DNA from: Phormidium sp.
GTDB taxonomy: Bacteria > Cyanobacteriota > Cyanobacteriia > Cyanobacteriales > Aerosakkonemataceae
DNA length: 64,000 nucleotides
Assembly (NCBI GenBank): GCA_051013385.1
Contig: CP143273.1
Location: 1,728,001 to 1,792,000 of the forward strand
Direction of reading: 5' to 3'
Shown here piece after piece: positions 9,624 through 22,900 of this stretch. The position numbers and the translations under genes were made by a program. The first letter of the stretch is position 1. Every line of letters starts with the position of its first letter. The notes beneath the pieces are model-generated. The model was given only the letters and a program-made list of their open reading frames with translations, was not told the origin of the DNA and did not search any database.

Positions 9624-11974
9624 TGGAACGTTAATTTTCTGGCAGTTCCATCGTCTTGAAAGCGTTGTTCGCCAATGCCAACTACTTGTACAATTACTTC
9701 ACGAGTTGGTGGTTTCCATTCTCCTTGGCGTGCGGCAATTTCTACAATTATTTGTTGTTCTTGGTGGTAAACTTTGTAATTTGTTGTGGCATAAACACCA
9801 TTTTCATAAGCGAAAGTTTCGCCGTCGTCTTCATAGAAAGTTAACTCGCCAGTTGCACCTGGGTAAATTCGCAAAGTCAAAGGATCTAAGGGTTTTTCAT
9901 TTATATATTGCATGACAGGAGACATGGGAATTATTGCCCCTGCACGAACGAAAAGCGGCATTTTTTCTAAAGGTGCATCTGCTAAAATATGAGTTGAACC
10001 TTGATATTTTTCACCTGTCCACCAATCATACCAAATACCTGCGGGTAAGTAGACCGATCGACATTCCACCCCCGGACGATAAATTGGTGCAGCTAAGATG
10101 TTAGAACCGAGTAATACTTGATCGTAAAGATGATAAGTTTTCTGGTCATTTGGGTAATGATAAAGTAGCGGTCTTAAAATTGGTGCGCCAGTAGTTGCAG
10201 CTTCCCAAAAAAGTGTGTAAATGTAAGGGATTAGTTGATAGCGTAACTCGATATATTCTCGACAAATCTTTTCTACTCTTTCCCCAAAAACCCAAGGTTC
10301 ATGTCTTGCTGTACTTAACGCCGAATGTCCGCGCATTAATGGGTAAAGCATTCCTACTTGCATCCAACGGGCGAACATTTCCGCCGTTGCATTGCCAGCA
10401 AAACCGCCAATATCACAACCAACAAAGGCGACTCCTGATAATCCCATGTTACACAGCATAGGCAGGGACATTTCTAAATGTTCCCACAAAGATTGATTGT
10501 CGCCCATCCAAACTGATGACCATTTTTGGATGCCAGCAAAACCCGATCGCGTCAACACAAAAGAACGTTTTTCCCGATGTTTTTTCAACCCTTGAAAACA
10601 AGCTTTTGACATCGATAAACCATATAAATTATGTGCTTCGGCGTGGGTTGTGCGTTCATCTTTTGGGCCTTGGGGTGCATCTAAAGGAAACCAAATTTTA
10701 TTTCCTGGATCTCCGAAAGGGCGATCGTCTAAAGCGGGTTCATTCATATCGTTCCAAATGCCAGCAACCCCAATATCTGTGAGAGATTTTTGTAAGTCTC
10801 CCCACCAGTTTTGCACATGAGGATTGAGAAAATCAGGAAATACTGCTTTATCGGGCCAAACATAACCATGAAACAATTTTCCATCAGCTTTTCTGACAAA
10901 GCAATCTTGTTCGATTCCTTGGTCGAAAACATGGTAATCTGCTTCTGGTTCGTATTTGACTCCCGGATCGATAATGGTGACTGTTTTAAAACCATTGTTT
11001 GATAAATCTTGAATTAATTTTGCTGGTTGGGGGAAACGTTTCGGACTCCAAGTAAACACCCGATAACCGTTCATATAATCAATATCTAAGTGAATTACAT
11101 CGCAGGGAATTTTGCGCGATCGAAATTCTTCTGCTAACTCCCTAACTACTGTTTCTGATTCATAACTCCACCGACATTGATGATAGCCCAAAGACCATTT
11201 TGGCGGCATGGGCATTCTTCCCGTTAATTCTGTATAAGTGTTGAGAATTTCGGGAATTTCCGGGCCATAAATAATGTAATAATCTAACTCTGGGGCGTGA
11301 GATCCCATTTGCAAAATTCCCGGTTGTTGGGCACCAATATTAAATTGACTCCAAAAAGTAGTATTAAAGAAAATCCCATAAGCAAACCCTGTTTCCTGTT
11401 CATCGGGGCGCTGGGCAATAAAAAAGGGAATTGCTTGATACATTTCATCGGTAAGAATGCCGTAATCTAAAGCATCAACCGTCCAATTAGTTTTAATTTC
11501 ACTTAATTTATTAAGTAAACCTGTGCGTTCCCCAAAACCATAAAAGTTTTCGTTAGGTTCGATTTTTTTCCAAGCTGCAACGCTACCCATGCGCCAACCC
11601 ATATTTAACAGTGTATCTTGGGCGAAAGGACGGTTATTTTTATCAAAACAAGCGATCGCACAAGGTTGACGTTGAATGTAAACTCGAATTTGGTCGGTTT
11701 CAATCTCGATTTTTTCTGGTGTTTCGCGGATTTCAAATTTTACCTGTAACCATTTTGGATCGTCCTTAGTAATGGCCCAAGAACGACGGGGAAAAATGTC
11801 TCCAATTGGAGACATTTTTACTCGGACAAGGTTAGGTGCTAGGATAGCGATCGCCAAACTTGCCCCAACACACTCACATAAAACGCCACGTTCATCGCGT
11901 TTGACAGTTTGCACTGCCCCAATAGATGACCAAGCTTGTTCATTTATGGGTAATTGTCCGAAGTATTGTGGCAT
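9620..11974 (-). CDS. GH31 alpha-glucosidase
   Basis: GIWNDMNEP catalytic motif, WMGDN, DIGGF. Confidence 0.95.
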   Translation of the reverse strand: MPQYFGQLPINEQAWSSIGAVQTVKRDERGVLCECVGASLAIAILAPNLVRVKMSPIGDIFPRRSWAITKDDPKWLQVKFEIRETPEKIEIETDQIRVYIQRQPCAIACFDKNNRPFAQDTLLNMGWRMGSVAAWKKIEPNENFYGFGERTGLLNKLSEIKTNWTVDALDYGILTDEMYQAIPFFIAQRPDEQETGFAYGIFFNTTFWSQFNIGAQQPGILQMGSHAPELDYYIIYGPEIPEILNTYTELTGRMPMPPKWSLGYHQCRWSYESETVVRELAEEFRSRKIPCDVIHLDIDYMNGYRVFTWSPKRFPQPAKLIQDLSNNGFKTVTIIDPGVKYEPEADYHVFDQGIEQDCFVRKADGKLFHGYVWPDKAVFPDFLNPHVQNWWGDLQKSLTDIGVAGIWNDMNEPALDDRPFGDPGNKIWFPLDAPQGPKDERTTHAEAHNLYGLSMSKACFQGLKKHREKRSFVLTRSGFAGIQKWSSVWMGDNQSLWEHLEMSLPMLCNMGLSGVAFVGCDIGGFAGNATAEMFARWMQVGMLYPLMRGHSALSTARHEPWVFGERVEKICREYIELRYQLIPYIYTLFWEAATTGAPILRPLLYHYPNDQKTYHLYDQVLLGSNILAAPIYRPGVECRSVYLPAGIWYDWWTGEKYQGSTHILADAPLEKMPLFVRAGAIIPMSPVMQYINEKPLDPLTLRIYPGATGELTFYEDDGETFAYENGVYATTNYKVYHQEQQIIVEIAARQGEWKPPTREVIVQVVGIGEQRFQDDGTARKLTFQ

Positions 11975-12141
11975 AGGTAAAGGAAATTTTGAATTTTATA
12001 TTTTTAAATTTAAAATTTGAATTTCTTTCTCTCACCTATCGTAAGGATGAAGAAGAGAAACCAGGATTATAATAGTTATTGTACTGGAACAATTGTTTGT
12101 AAAACTCCGTCTTGATAGTAGATATTACAATTATCAAATCT

Positions 12142-13725
12142 TTAATACCTAGTCAGAAACGGTCTGGTAGAAGTTCCACTGCGGACTTGAATAATAGCGG
12201 TTCCTTCGAGTTTAGAATGACGATCGCGAATCTCACGCACACTCAGGATTGGAGTGCGATCGCTTCCCGAAATTCCATGACTGCGGCTACCAATTGACCG
12301 ACCAACGCTAGTTGAAGGGTCAACGCGATCGCCAAAACTTTTTGATAGGAATTCGGCTGTTTCAACATCCACCCCTGGTAGGCAAATAGTGGTTGCACAA
12401 AGACCTGCAATCAAGCTTCCTTGATTCGGTTTTTCATTAGTATTGAATTGGCTGATACTTTGAGTGCTGAGGCAAAGTCCGACACCTGCTGCTCTCAATA
12501 TAGCAGCCGATTTTGGAAAATCAACTGTTTGCTGAAGGGCATGAGCTTCATCGGCAATAAAAGCTACAGGTTCACCACTTAAGCCAAAAGCATAGCGACG
12601 CAGCATGAGATTATTAAATATTCCTGCGATTAGTTGCGCCATTTGCTTTCCTGTTTCTTCTTCTGCCTCTGGCTGTCCTATTAAAGCAAACATTCGCACA
12701 CCTGGTTTATTAAAGTCTTGTAAGCGAAAGTCTGAGCGACCATCGCAAATACGAGATATATCAGGACGGTCAAAAAACTTTAGCTTATTCCGTAAGACAA
12801 AGGTTGCTTTATAAAAATCTGCATCGGAAATTCTCAGGTAATCGCTCAGAAGATTTTCACAATTTCTTTTTGTGTCCGATTTAAGAAAACCAAGCCGAAC
12901 TTTAGCAGCATCACGATCTAGGATTGTGGGCAGAATTTGACTGGGTTTTGGTAAAGGCTCTGTTTCTACTAGCAACCATAATATACCCTCAAGCCAACTT
13001 AGATCCCGCTCCCAGAAAATTCCTTGCTCTCCTGGTAATCTTTCTCCCAGTAAAGCTTTAGCAACAACTGCAATATCTTTATGTCGCTCTACAGGGTCAG
13101 TTGAAATTTCTTCAAAAAAGTTCCAGCGTTGTGATTCAGGGTCGCTGAGATTCCAATAACAGAATCGAGCGCCTGTCAATTCTGCATATTTATCTAAACC
13201 AAACTCACGCCTTAAATTTCCTTTCGCATCAATAGCAAAAACTGATTGAACTGAGATTAATTCCTTAATCCAAGGCACGATAAAACGGGTTGTTTTTCCC
13301 TTTTTAGGAGGGCCAATTAGTAAAATATGCTGTGGGAGTAGGTCTAGGGGTAGACCTAATTTTTGTCCATCCCGTCCGGTTGCATCTGTCGCCTGACCTA
13401 GTTTGATAGATGCCCCTGATGTGTATCTGAGGTGATAAAGATCTCCAATCGTTTCTATGCCTCGATAGTCCCATACATCTCTGTGATGTCTATCCGGTAA
13501 TTTTCCTTTTGAGCCTACAACTTTTTCAGAGCGCAATGCTTGCCAGTCTTTAAACTGCTCATAAAGCCACCTACTGCCTTTCCATAGTGCTTGTGCTGAC
13601 CACGCAATTCCCTTCAAAGTTATTCCCAGAAACCAGATATATAATCTGATCATAAAACCAAAAAATTGGAAAAAGTCGCGTTCCCAGCTACCCATAGTTA
13701 AAAACTCCACAACATTACTTATCAA
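12142..13725 (-). CDS. VirD4/TraD-like coupling ATPase
   Basis: N-terminal TM, GPPKKGKT, IDAKG, FIADEAH, STQSISQ. Confidence 0.8.
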   Translation of the reverse strand: MISNVVEFLTMGSWERDFFQFFGFMIRLYIWFLGITLKGIAWSAQALWKGSRWLYEQFKDWQALRSEKVVGSKGKLPDRHHRDVWDYRGIETIGDLYHLRYTSGASIKLGQATDATGRDGQKLGLPLDLLPQHILLIGPPKKGKTTRFIVPWIKELISVQSVFAIDAKGNLRREFGLDKYAELTGARFCYWNLSDPESQRWNFFEEISTDPVERHKDIAVVAKALLGERLPGEQGIFWERDLSWLEGILWLLVETEPLPKPSQILPTILDRDAAKVRLGFLKSDTKRNCENLLSDYLRISDADFYKATFVLRNKLKFFDRPDISRICDGRSDFRLQDFNKPGVRMFALIGQPEAEEETGKQMAQLIAGIFNNLMLRRYAFGLSGEPVAFIADEAHALQQTVDFPKSAAILRAAGVGLCLSTQSISQFNTNEKPNQGSLIAGLCATTICLPGVDVETAEFLSKSFGDRVDPSTSVGRSIGSRSHGISGSDRTPILSVREIRDRHSKLEGTAIIQVRSGTSTRPFLTRY

Positions 13726-14177
13726 TAGCGATTAAAGTATGATTCTCCTATTTCAGGAGTAATATTGCGATCAGGTTGTTCGCGATCTATTTTGCTTACT
13801 GCTATCCGCACAGCTAAATACTGAGCAAAACGTTCAGCAGCTTTGATATCTCGCCCCGCCTGAAGACTCTGTTCTAGTTCTTTCCGAGAGTTGTACGATT
13901 CAGTACTACCCATATTTTCCCAGCCGTGACCTTGGTCAATATAATATTCTCTACGCCACTTTCCTTGCTCGTCTTTACGATCAATATGAAGTGCAATTGT
14001 ATTTTCTCTTTTGCTATCCCAACACAAGCGATAATGTACTCCTCTCATCTCAGGATCGGGATCATTGGGATAGGGGTATAGTCTGTCACTTTCATATTTG
14101 TCCGAGAGAGTTTCTACCTCTAGGTTCCAGATGCGACCATGAGGGTCATCGAAGTAGGATAAATGTTCTTTTGTCAT
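13722..14177 (-). CDS. Hypothetical protein
   Basis: 151-aa ORF coupled to the ATPase gene. Confidence 0.65.
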   Translation of the reverse strand: MTKEHLSYFDDPHGRIWNLEVETLSDKYESDRLYPYPNDPDPEMRGVHYRLCWDSKRENTIALHIDRKDEQGKWRREYYIDQGHGWENMGSTESYNSRKELEQSLQAGRDIKAAERFAQYLAVRIAVSKIDREQPDRNITPEIGESYFNRY

Positions 14178-14254
14178 ATCTTTTTAGGTATTCTTATTTA
14201 AATAGTTGACAATAAAAATTATAGCAAATTAGTAAAAGTTTACTAATCCTAGTG

Positions 14255-15571
14255 TTACCAATGAATTGCCTGTGACAATATCACCCCTAATGCAATTCCT
14301 AACCCTATTATACAAGCTAAAATCATCACGGAAACTTCTTTATTTAAGCCTGCTATTTCCAGTTCGTTAGTTTTTGTTGTTAGTTCATAAAAAATGAATT
14401 TAAATAGGCTGATCCATATTGTAATTCCCCAACTTATTGATGCTCCAGCTAAGCTTGAAAACAAGACACCAAGTGGAGCAAGAACTAGAAAAAATTGTTC
14501 GTCTGGAACATTACCAAATAGAAACGAAATGTATCCAAATCCTGAAAAAAGTAATGCGAATAAAAATGCAATACCTATAGCTACAGGCCCGAATATTACT
14601 CCCGCTATAAATGAAGATCGAGTATCAAATACGCAACTTGAACGATAAATACGGTTAGCTTCATCTGCGGCTGCTAAACACAGGAAAACAAAAGCAAAAA
14701 GCTTGGTAATTAGTAAACTTGCACCGAATACGTAACCGAACAACTTAATTAGGGATAAAAGAGCTTCTCTTTGTGTCTCTTTGCGTCTGCGGGCTTCCTC
14801 TTCTCTTCTCCGTTTAGCCTCAGCCTTTTCTCTGAGAGCAGCCTTTTCTCTGGCAGCAGCAGCTTCCTTTTCAGCTTTTTCTTTGGCAGCCTTTTCTCTG
14901 GCAGCAGCAGCTTCCCTTTCGGCTTTTTCTTTGGCAGCCTTTTCTCTGGCAGCAGCAGCTTCCCTTTCGGCTTTTTCTTTGGCAGCCTTTTCTCTGGCAG
15001 CAGCAGCTTCCCTTTCTGCCTCATGCTGCTCTTTTTGCGCTCTTAGTAATCCCAAATCTGCCTGTACTCTAAGCTTAAATTCCTCATCAGCGGTGATATC
15101 AATAGCTTGTTTAAAATAACTTTCTGCTTTGTCTAACTTTTCAGCCTCTACAAGTTGGAGTGCCAACGCATAAGCTAGTTCTGCGTAGATGTTTCGACAG
15201 TCCGAATCATCAGGAAACAGTTCATACAGATTCTTGGCTACCCTTAGAGCCCCTTCCAAGTCAGCATTATTAACAAGTTCTTGAATCTGTCGAATTAATT
15301 CTTGTTTTTTGCTCTCAGCACCAGCTTTCTGCAATTCCCAGTCATAGATTCGCCTTTGCTCTGCGTCTTTTAAAGCTTCGTATGCTTCATTAAGCCTCTT
15401 AAACTCTTCCTCAACAGCTTTTTTTGCCCGCTCAGTAGTTCCTGGCGGTAGCTTATCAGGATGGAGATCTTGAGCTAATTTTCGGAAAGAATTTTTAATC
15501 TCCTCAGAACTAGCTGTAGGTGATACACCGAGAATTTCATAATAGTTTAGCTTATCGCTACCATTAGGCAT
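14255..15571 (-). CDS. J-domain protein with TPR-like region, 15-aa charged repeats and C-terminal TM helices
   Basis: NYYEILGV...HPD motif; EKAAKEKAEREAAAAR repeats. Confidence 0.85.
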   Translation of the reverse strand: MPNGSDKLNYYEILGVSPTASSEEIKNSFRKLAQDLHPDKLPPGTTERAKKAVEEEFKRLNEAYEALKDAEQRRIYDWELQKAGAESKKQELIRQIQELVNNADLEGALRVAKNLYELFPDDSDCRNIYAELAYALALQLVEAEKLDKAESYFKQAIDITADEEFKLRVQADLGLLRAQKEQHEAEREAAAAREKAAKEKAEREAAAAREKAAKEKAEREAAAAREKAAKEKAEKEAAAAREKAALREKAEAKRRREEEARRRKETQREALLSLIKLFGYVFGASLLITKLFAFVFLCLAAADEANRIYRSSCVFDTRSSFIAGVIFGPVAIGIAFLFALLFSGFGYISFLFGNVPDEQFFLVLAPLGVLFSSLAGASISWGITIWISLFKFIFYELTTKTNELEIAGLNKEVSVMILACIIGLGIALGVILSQAIHW

Positions 15572-16340
15572 CTGATGACCCTTTTAATTGATTGAGCAAC
15601 CGCGCTTTAGAACCAGTTAACAAATTGTTAGCTTGAAGTTTTTGAGTATAGCTTTCTAGCAAACCTACTTCTTTCATACAAACCCCAATCAGTAGGTCTA
15701 CCAAATCGGCAATATTCTCCAAATTTAGGTAAACACCACCAGTTTGACTAGCCAACCAGCGAAACACTTGTTCTGTTGACGAATCTCTACCGCACTGGGT
15801 TGCGTAAATTTTGACTCCCTTCTGTCCCAAACTATTGCCTTCAGTTTTGTAATCGTGACCGTAAAGGCAATTAGAGGCGGCATCAATTACGCCGTGAGGA
15901 GGCGCATCACCCACCAAAACTATAGCCCGACTGCTACCAATTCGCCAATTCAGTCGATTTGCCTGAAATAACGCTTCTTCTAAAGCTTCAGGTGTATCAC
16001 CTCCGCCTGTTTTTTCCACTTGTCCTACAAATGACCTTACTTTCTCAAAGTCAGTGGTTAAGTCTAGAACCTTGGTGACATAGGTGGAATTGGCATCACA
16101 GTAGTCACCATAGGCGACAACGCCCATCCTCACGTTGGGAACAGATTTGTAAACTTCACTGGCGAGTCGGGTTAGTTCGTGGCGCACCTGTTCCAGGTAC
16201 GGGTACATACTGCCAGTGGTATCAAAGATAAAGGCAACATCCAGCTGCCTGGGAGAAACGCCCTGTGTAACTTGGGTAGGGTTGGTTTCTCCAGAATACT
16301 TGGCAAGCGTCTTTTTCAGGATAGATAACTCGCTACTCAC
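15564..16340 (-). CDS. VWA domain protein
   Basis: DTTGSM MIDAS, GGGDTPE, VGDAPPH. Confidence 0.9.
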   Translation of the reverse strand: MSSELSILKKTLAKYSGETNPTQVTQGVSPRQLDVAFIFDTTGSMYPYLEQVRHELTRLASEVYKSVPNVRMGVVAYGDYCDANSTYVTKVLDLTTDFEKVRSFVGQVEKTGGGDTPEALEEALFQANRLNWRIGSSRAIVLVGDAPPHGVIDAASNCLYGHDYKTEGNSLGQKGVKIYATQCGRDSSTEQVFRWLASQTGGVYLNLENIADLVDLLIGVCMKEVGLLESYTQKLQANNLLTGSKARLLNQLKGSSDA

Positions 16341-16449
16341 CAGTACCTCCAGTGGTAATTTTTTCTATTATATAAGGAGAATTTTTACAATTAAAATTTC
16401 ACTAACGGAATTTTATACAAAATTCACCATCTAGGCAGAGAGGTAAAAA

Positions 16450-16680
16450 ATGGAAACAGCTAAATTATTGACGCTCGGCGAAAATCAATCTGTCATCTTG
16501 CCCAAAGAATTTGAGTTTCAAGGTGGCGAGGTTTATATCAAAAAAATTGGTAGCGCGATCGTTCTAATTCCTAAAGATAACCCTTGGCAAGCTATGTTTG
16601 ATAGCTTAAGCCTATTTTCAGAAGACTTTATGGAAAACCGAGAACAACCTAATTTGAAAATTAGAGAAGAGTTGGAATGA
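16450..16680 (+). CDS. vapB: VapB/AbrB-type antitoxin (orphan)
   Basis: QSVILPKEFEF...VYIKKIG pattern; no adjacent PIN toxin. Confidence 0.8.
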   Translation: METAKLLTLGENQSVILPKEFEFQGGEVYIKKIGSAIVLIPKDNPWQAMFDSLSLFSEDFMENREQPNLKIREELE

Positions 16681-16753
16681 TTTTTCAATCAGGCTGAAAG
16701 TAGAATCTGTTAAAATAAATATTGAATAATTCTCAAACTGTCCGTGTATAATT

Positions 16754-17005
16754 ATGACTCAAAAAACTGTCCAAGTACCAATTCCGTTTGCATCCCTAAT
16801 AGAGGTTATTTCCTCACTAAATCTCGAAGATAAGCGCCAGCTTTGGCAAATGTTAGACGAAGAAATTTCCCAAGCAGAAGAGGATTTACTGGAAGAAGAC
16901 CCGACTGTAGTCGCTGAAATCGAAGCAGCTAGAATTGCCTACCAAAATGGAGACTATCAAACTATTGATGAGTATATCGCTAGTCGGTCTGGGAAAAATC
17001 CATGA
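16754..17005 (+). CDS. Putative antitoxin
   Basis: Acidic small ORF overlapping relE. Confidence 0.7.
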   Translation: MTQKTVQVPIPFASLIEVISSLNLEDKRQLWQMLDEEISQAEEDLLEEDPTVVAEIEAARIAYQNGDYQTIDEYIASRSGKNP

Positions 17006-17262
17006 GTTACACTGTCATTTTTCCCAAACCCTTACAGAAACAGCTAGATAGCTTACCAGACGATATCGGCGATCGAATTTTAGAAAAAATTGTGCTATTA
17101 GCTGAAAATCCTCGTCCAGAGGGAGTAGTCAAGTTAAAAGGGTATGAAAATGAATATCGCATCCGAATAGGAGACTATCGGGTGAGATATGAAATTAAGG
17201 ATGAAGAGTCTGTAGTAGTATTACTTCACTGCAAGCATCGTAAGGATGTGTACAGGCAATAA
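17002..17262 (+). CDS. relE: RelE/ParE toxin
   Basis: KLKG...YRIRIGDYRVRY...HRKDVY. Confidence 0.9.
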   Translation: MSYTVIFPKPLQKQLDSLPDDIGDRILEKIVLLAENPRPEGVVKLKGYENEYRIRIGDYRVRYEIKDEESVVVLLHCKHRKDVYRQ

Positions 17263-17372
17263 TCGTACTTGCACAAATGCCTGAGAGGTAAAAAATGGAA
17301 ATAGCTAAATAGTTATCGATCGCGAATTTTAGATAATAGAATCAGCATTAATTTTTATAGCATAAAAGTACC

Positions 17373-18071
17373 ATGTCTCAACCGCTACGTGCAACATTAT
17401 CTATTCCACCTTTGGAAAATGGCGATCGCTTAATCCGCCCTGAGTTTGAACGCCGTTACAATGCTATGCCCGATGTAAAAAAAGCTGAATTAATAGAAGG
17501 TATTGTTTACATGGCATCTCCCCTAAGATTTGAACCTCATGCTGAACCACACGCTGATTTAATGATTTGGTTGGGAAATTACAAAGTCGCAACTCCCGGA
17601 GTGAGATTAGGTGATAATCCAACAGTGTTACTAGATTTAGATAACGAACCTCAACCGGATGCAGTGTTATTAATTGACAATTTATCAGGAGGGCAGTCTC
17701 GCTTCAGTGCAGATGGTTATATAGAGGGCGCACCAGAATTAATTGCTGAGATTGCTGCTAGTACTGCGGCGATCGATCTAAGAGATAAAAAACGCGCTTA
17801 TCGTCGCAATGGAGTACAAGAATATATTGTTTGGCAAGTATTTGAGCAAAAAATCGATTGGTTTAGTTTACAAAATGGTGATTATGTATCATTAATACCT
17901 GATAAAAATGGGGTAATTTGTAGCTTGGTTTTTCCCGGTTTATGGTTATCAATATCTGCATTGGTGTTAGGAAATATGCAACAGGTTTTAGCTGTATTGC
18001 AAGCTGGTTTGAGTTCAGAGGAACATAATTCTTTTGTGCAAGAGTTGGCAAATGCACGCCCACATTCTTAG
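17373..18071 (+). CDS. Uma2-family endonuclease
   Basis: ELIEGIV, EPQPDA, PELIAEIA, GVQEY. Confidence 0.9.
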   Translation: MSQPLRATLSIPPLENGDRLIRPEFERRYNAMPDVKKAELIEGIVYMASPLRFEPHAEPHADLMIWLGNYKVATPGVRLGDNPTVLLDLDNEPQPDAVLLIDNLSGGQSRFSADGYIEGAPELIAEIAASTAAIDLRDKKRAYRRNGVQEYIVWQVFEQKIDWFSLQNGDYVSLIPDKNGVICSLVFPGLWLSISALVLGNMQQVLAVLQAGLSSEEHNSFVQELANARPHS

Positions 18072-18239
18072 ATTTTTTTACCACAGATGAACACAGATAT
18101 TTTATTTAAGTTAACAACTCCTCCTTCTCTCTGCGTCCTCTGCGTCTCTGCGGTTCTAAAAAATTTAAAATGCAGATGAACGCAGATGAAGAATAAAGAG
18201 GAGAAAATTACCCTAATTCTCTCCTCTTTATTTTGTTAA

Positions 18240-19547
<1,308 letters not shown>

Positions 19548-19700
19548 TTATATCTAGTGGTACTATCCGCTAACGATTAAACCAGAAGAATGGATTTGCC
19601 TCTCGGTACTTTTGTATTCTTTTAATCTACGTTGCCCAGATCCCCGACTTCTTCAAGAAGTCGGGGATCTAGATTCAGCAAAACTAAATTTTAAATTAAA

Positions 19701-19952
19701 TTATTCTCCCCTGCCCCTGGAGCCCCCATACTCCTCTTCCTCATCTCGCTGTTTTTTCAGCTGTCTAATTGATTCTTGACAACCACCAATAATTAATCCA
19801 CCTACACCACCAACTAAAGCATATTTGCGGTGGATATCTCGGTAAATTTTACTGCTAAATTTGGGGCCGAAAACTTCACACGCAGCGAATCCGATCGTTG
19901 CCCCAATTAATGCAGTTATTAAACTAGAAAAAACTATCAGTTTAAAATTCAT
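19701..19952 (-). CDS. Small membrane protein
   Basis: Two TM segments; coupled to RND gene. Confidence 0.65.
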   Translation of the reverse strand: MNFKLIVFSSLITALIGATIGFAACEVFGPKFSSKIYRDIHRKYALVGGVGGLIIGGCQESIRQLKKQRDEEEEYGGSRGRGE

Positions 19953-22900
19953 TTCTTTTCCTCCACTGTTTCTGAACTTTCAGAAGATGTAGAAGAAGGC
20001 ATTTCCTCAGTATCATCTGGTTGAATAACTGTATTATCACTTGAGGAAGTAGTTGAAGGTGGATAGTAAATAGTGGGCGATTCGCCATTACCTACTACTA
20101 ACGATCCTCGAAGTTCTGGATCGGAACTAACACCATTAGCAGATGATTCTTTAGGCTTGGATAAATTTTCGGAAGCCATTTTTTCAGGTTGTTCTATCTC
20201 TTTTTCTTCTTCCCTTCTGCGTTCAATTGGTGCTTCCGTTACTGCTACAAGTTTACCTTGTTTCTTGTTGCCACCAAACACAAATTCTGCCAATTGCTTA
20301 ATTATCACATACAAAACTGGCACTAAGAAGAAACTCATAATAGTTGCTACTAAAAAACCGCCAAAAACTGCCACTCCTAAAGACCAACGACTAGCAGCAG
20401 AAGCACCAGAAGCAACAACCAAAGGCCAAAAACCCACCAAAGTTGAAGCAGCAGTCATCAAAATTGGGCGAAAACGTTCCTTCGCTGCATTCGCCGCTGC
20501 TTGGGGAATAGTCATGCCGTAACTTTCCCGTGATTGGTTAGCAAATTCTACGATCAAAATGGCGTTTTTCGCCGCTAAACCTATCAACATTACTAAGGCA
20601 ATTTGGCAATAAAGATCGTTTACTAACTCTCTGGGGTCAAGGGAAATAAATAACATTGCCCCTAAAACTGCCATCGGTACAGTTAGCAAAATAATCAAAG
20701 GATCGATGTAATTTTCGTATTGTGCTGCTAATACTAAAAACACAATAACTAGACCCAAAGCCATAATTAAAGCACTTTGACCACCTGATTGCACTTCCTC
20801 ACGAGTAAGTCCAGACCATTCGTAACCTACATTAGGAATTCCTGCTGATTTAAACACTTGATCCATCGCCTGAATTGCTTGTCCAGAAGATTTACCGGGG
20901 GCGGGATTTCCTTGGATTTTAATACTCCGAAATAAGTTAAAGTGGGAAATTACTGATGGGCCAACAATTTGTTTGATTGTGGCTATTTCTTTGAGTTGAA
21001 TTAGTTTATCGTTGCGCGATCGCAAATATATCTGCCCTAAATCTTCCGGCGCATTACGAAACTGTTCATCTGCTTGCACATACACCCGGTAACTACGTGG
21101 CCCAAAGTTAAAATCATTCACATAACGACCACCAATATAAGCACTCAAAGTCGTCATCGCTTGAGCAAAATCGATATTTTGACTTGATAATTTATCCCGG
21201 TCAATATCAATTTCAATTTGCGGAGTATTAGCGGTAAATTGCGTGAAAACTCTACTTAAATCCGGGTTTTGATTTGCCTTAGCAATAATTTGATTAGCAT
21301 TACCAAGGAATTGCTCAAAAGTCAATTTTCCACCCGATTTATCTTGTAACTGAAATTCAAAACCACCCGTAGAACCAAATCCCGGTACTGAGGGTAAGTT
21401 AAATGCTTGCACAATTGCTTGCTGATTTTGGGCAAACTGTCGATTTAGTCTCCCCAAAATTGCCTTAACACTTTGATTTTTCTCTGTTCGTTCTGCCCAA
21501 TTTTTTAACCTAACAAAAAATGTGCCTTTATTTGGGCCACTACCATCTAAACCAAAACCACTGACAATTAGTGAACCTTGAATTTCAGGCAGTTTTTTAA
21601 ATTCTTGGTAAACTGAATCTGCGACTCGGTTGGTGTAATTTAAAGCCACTCCTTCCGGCGCTTGAATCATCCCTAAAAACAAACCTTGGTCTTCTTCAGG
21701 AATAAAACCTGTTGGTACTGACATATAAATCAAACCTGTCGCTACCAACAAAGCAATAAATATTCCAAAAACAACTATTCTCAACTTAATCAAAAGATTA
21801 ATAACTTTGGTATAACCCGCATTAATCAAATTAAAAACGCGGTTAAATAGCCGGAAGAACCAAGCTAATGGCCCTTTACCTTCTCCCTGTTTATGCCGCA
21901 ACAATATTGCCGCCATACTCGGAGAAAAACTCAAAGCATTAAACGTAGAAACCACAATGGAAAAGATAATAATTAAAGCAAATTGTTTGTACATAATCCC
22001 TGTAGCACCAGGGAAAAATGTCACTGGTAAAAACACAGCTATCAACACTAAAGAAGTGGAAACAACCGCACCCGCCAACTCATTCATTGACTCTAAAGCA
22101 GCTTGACGAGCACTCATTCCCTGTTCCATTTTACCCGCGACCGCTTCCACCACCACAATTCCATCATCAACCACCAAACCTGTTGCCAAAATTAAAGCAA
22201 ACATAGTTAGGGTGTTCAGCGAAAAACCAAAGGCTAAAGCAAACCCCATTGTGCCTAGTAAAGACACGGGAATTGCCACTGCGGGAATAATCGTAGTCCG
22301 CCAATCTTGTAAGAAAATGAAAATGATTAAAATTACTAAAAGAATCGCTTCAATCAGAGTTTTAAACACTTCTTCTAAAGAAGTTTCAATAAACTCGGTG
22401 ATATCATAAACCAAAGAACTTTTTAACCCCGGCGGAAAATCTTTTTCTAAGTCTGCCATTGTTTCTTTGATTTTTGCCGCCACATCAACCGCGTTACTTC
22501 CGGGTAATTGATATATTGAAATACCTACCCCTGGTTGACCGTTCACTAAAGCTTGAAAATCGTAATTTTCTGCCCCTAATTCTGTCCGACCGACATCTTT
22601 TAGTTTGATTAAAGTGCCATCTGGTTGTACTTTAATCACTAAGTTGGCAAATTCGGTTTCATCTTTTAATCTTCCCTGCACTCTTACCGGAAAAGTGTAT
22701 GCTTGATCGACAGGCGCAGGTTGACTGCCAATTGTCCCGGCACCAATTTGCACATTTTGCGATTGTAAAGCGGAAATTACATCAGCTGCGGTTAATCCTC
22801 TGGCTGCCATTGCATTAGGATTAAGCCAAACTCTCATGGCATATTGGCGTTGACCGAGAATCGATAAATCTCCCACTCCCGGAACTCTTTTTAGAGTATC

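Noticed and set aside
12142..13725. Conjugative element/ICE
   Set aside because: No relaxase, VirB4 or integrase in the window
14749..15119. Alternative-frame repeat ORFs
   Set aside because: Shadows of the 45-bp repeats in the J-domain gene
17281..17320. Second vapB gene
   Set aside because: Only a ~30-nt duplicate of the vapB start (GAGAGGTAAAAAATGGAAAYAGCTAAAT) followed by a stop
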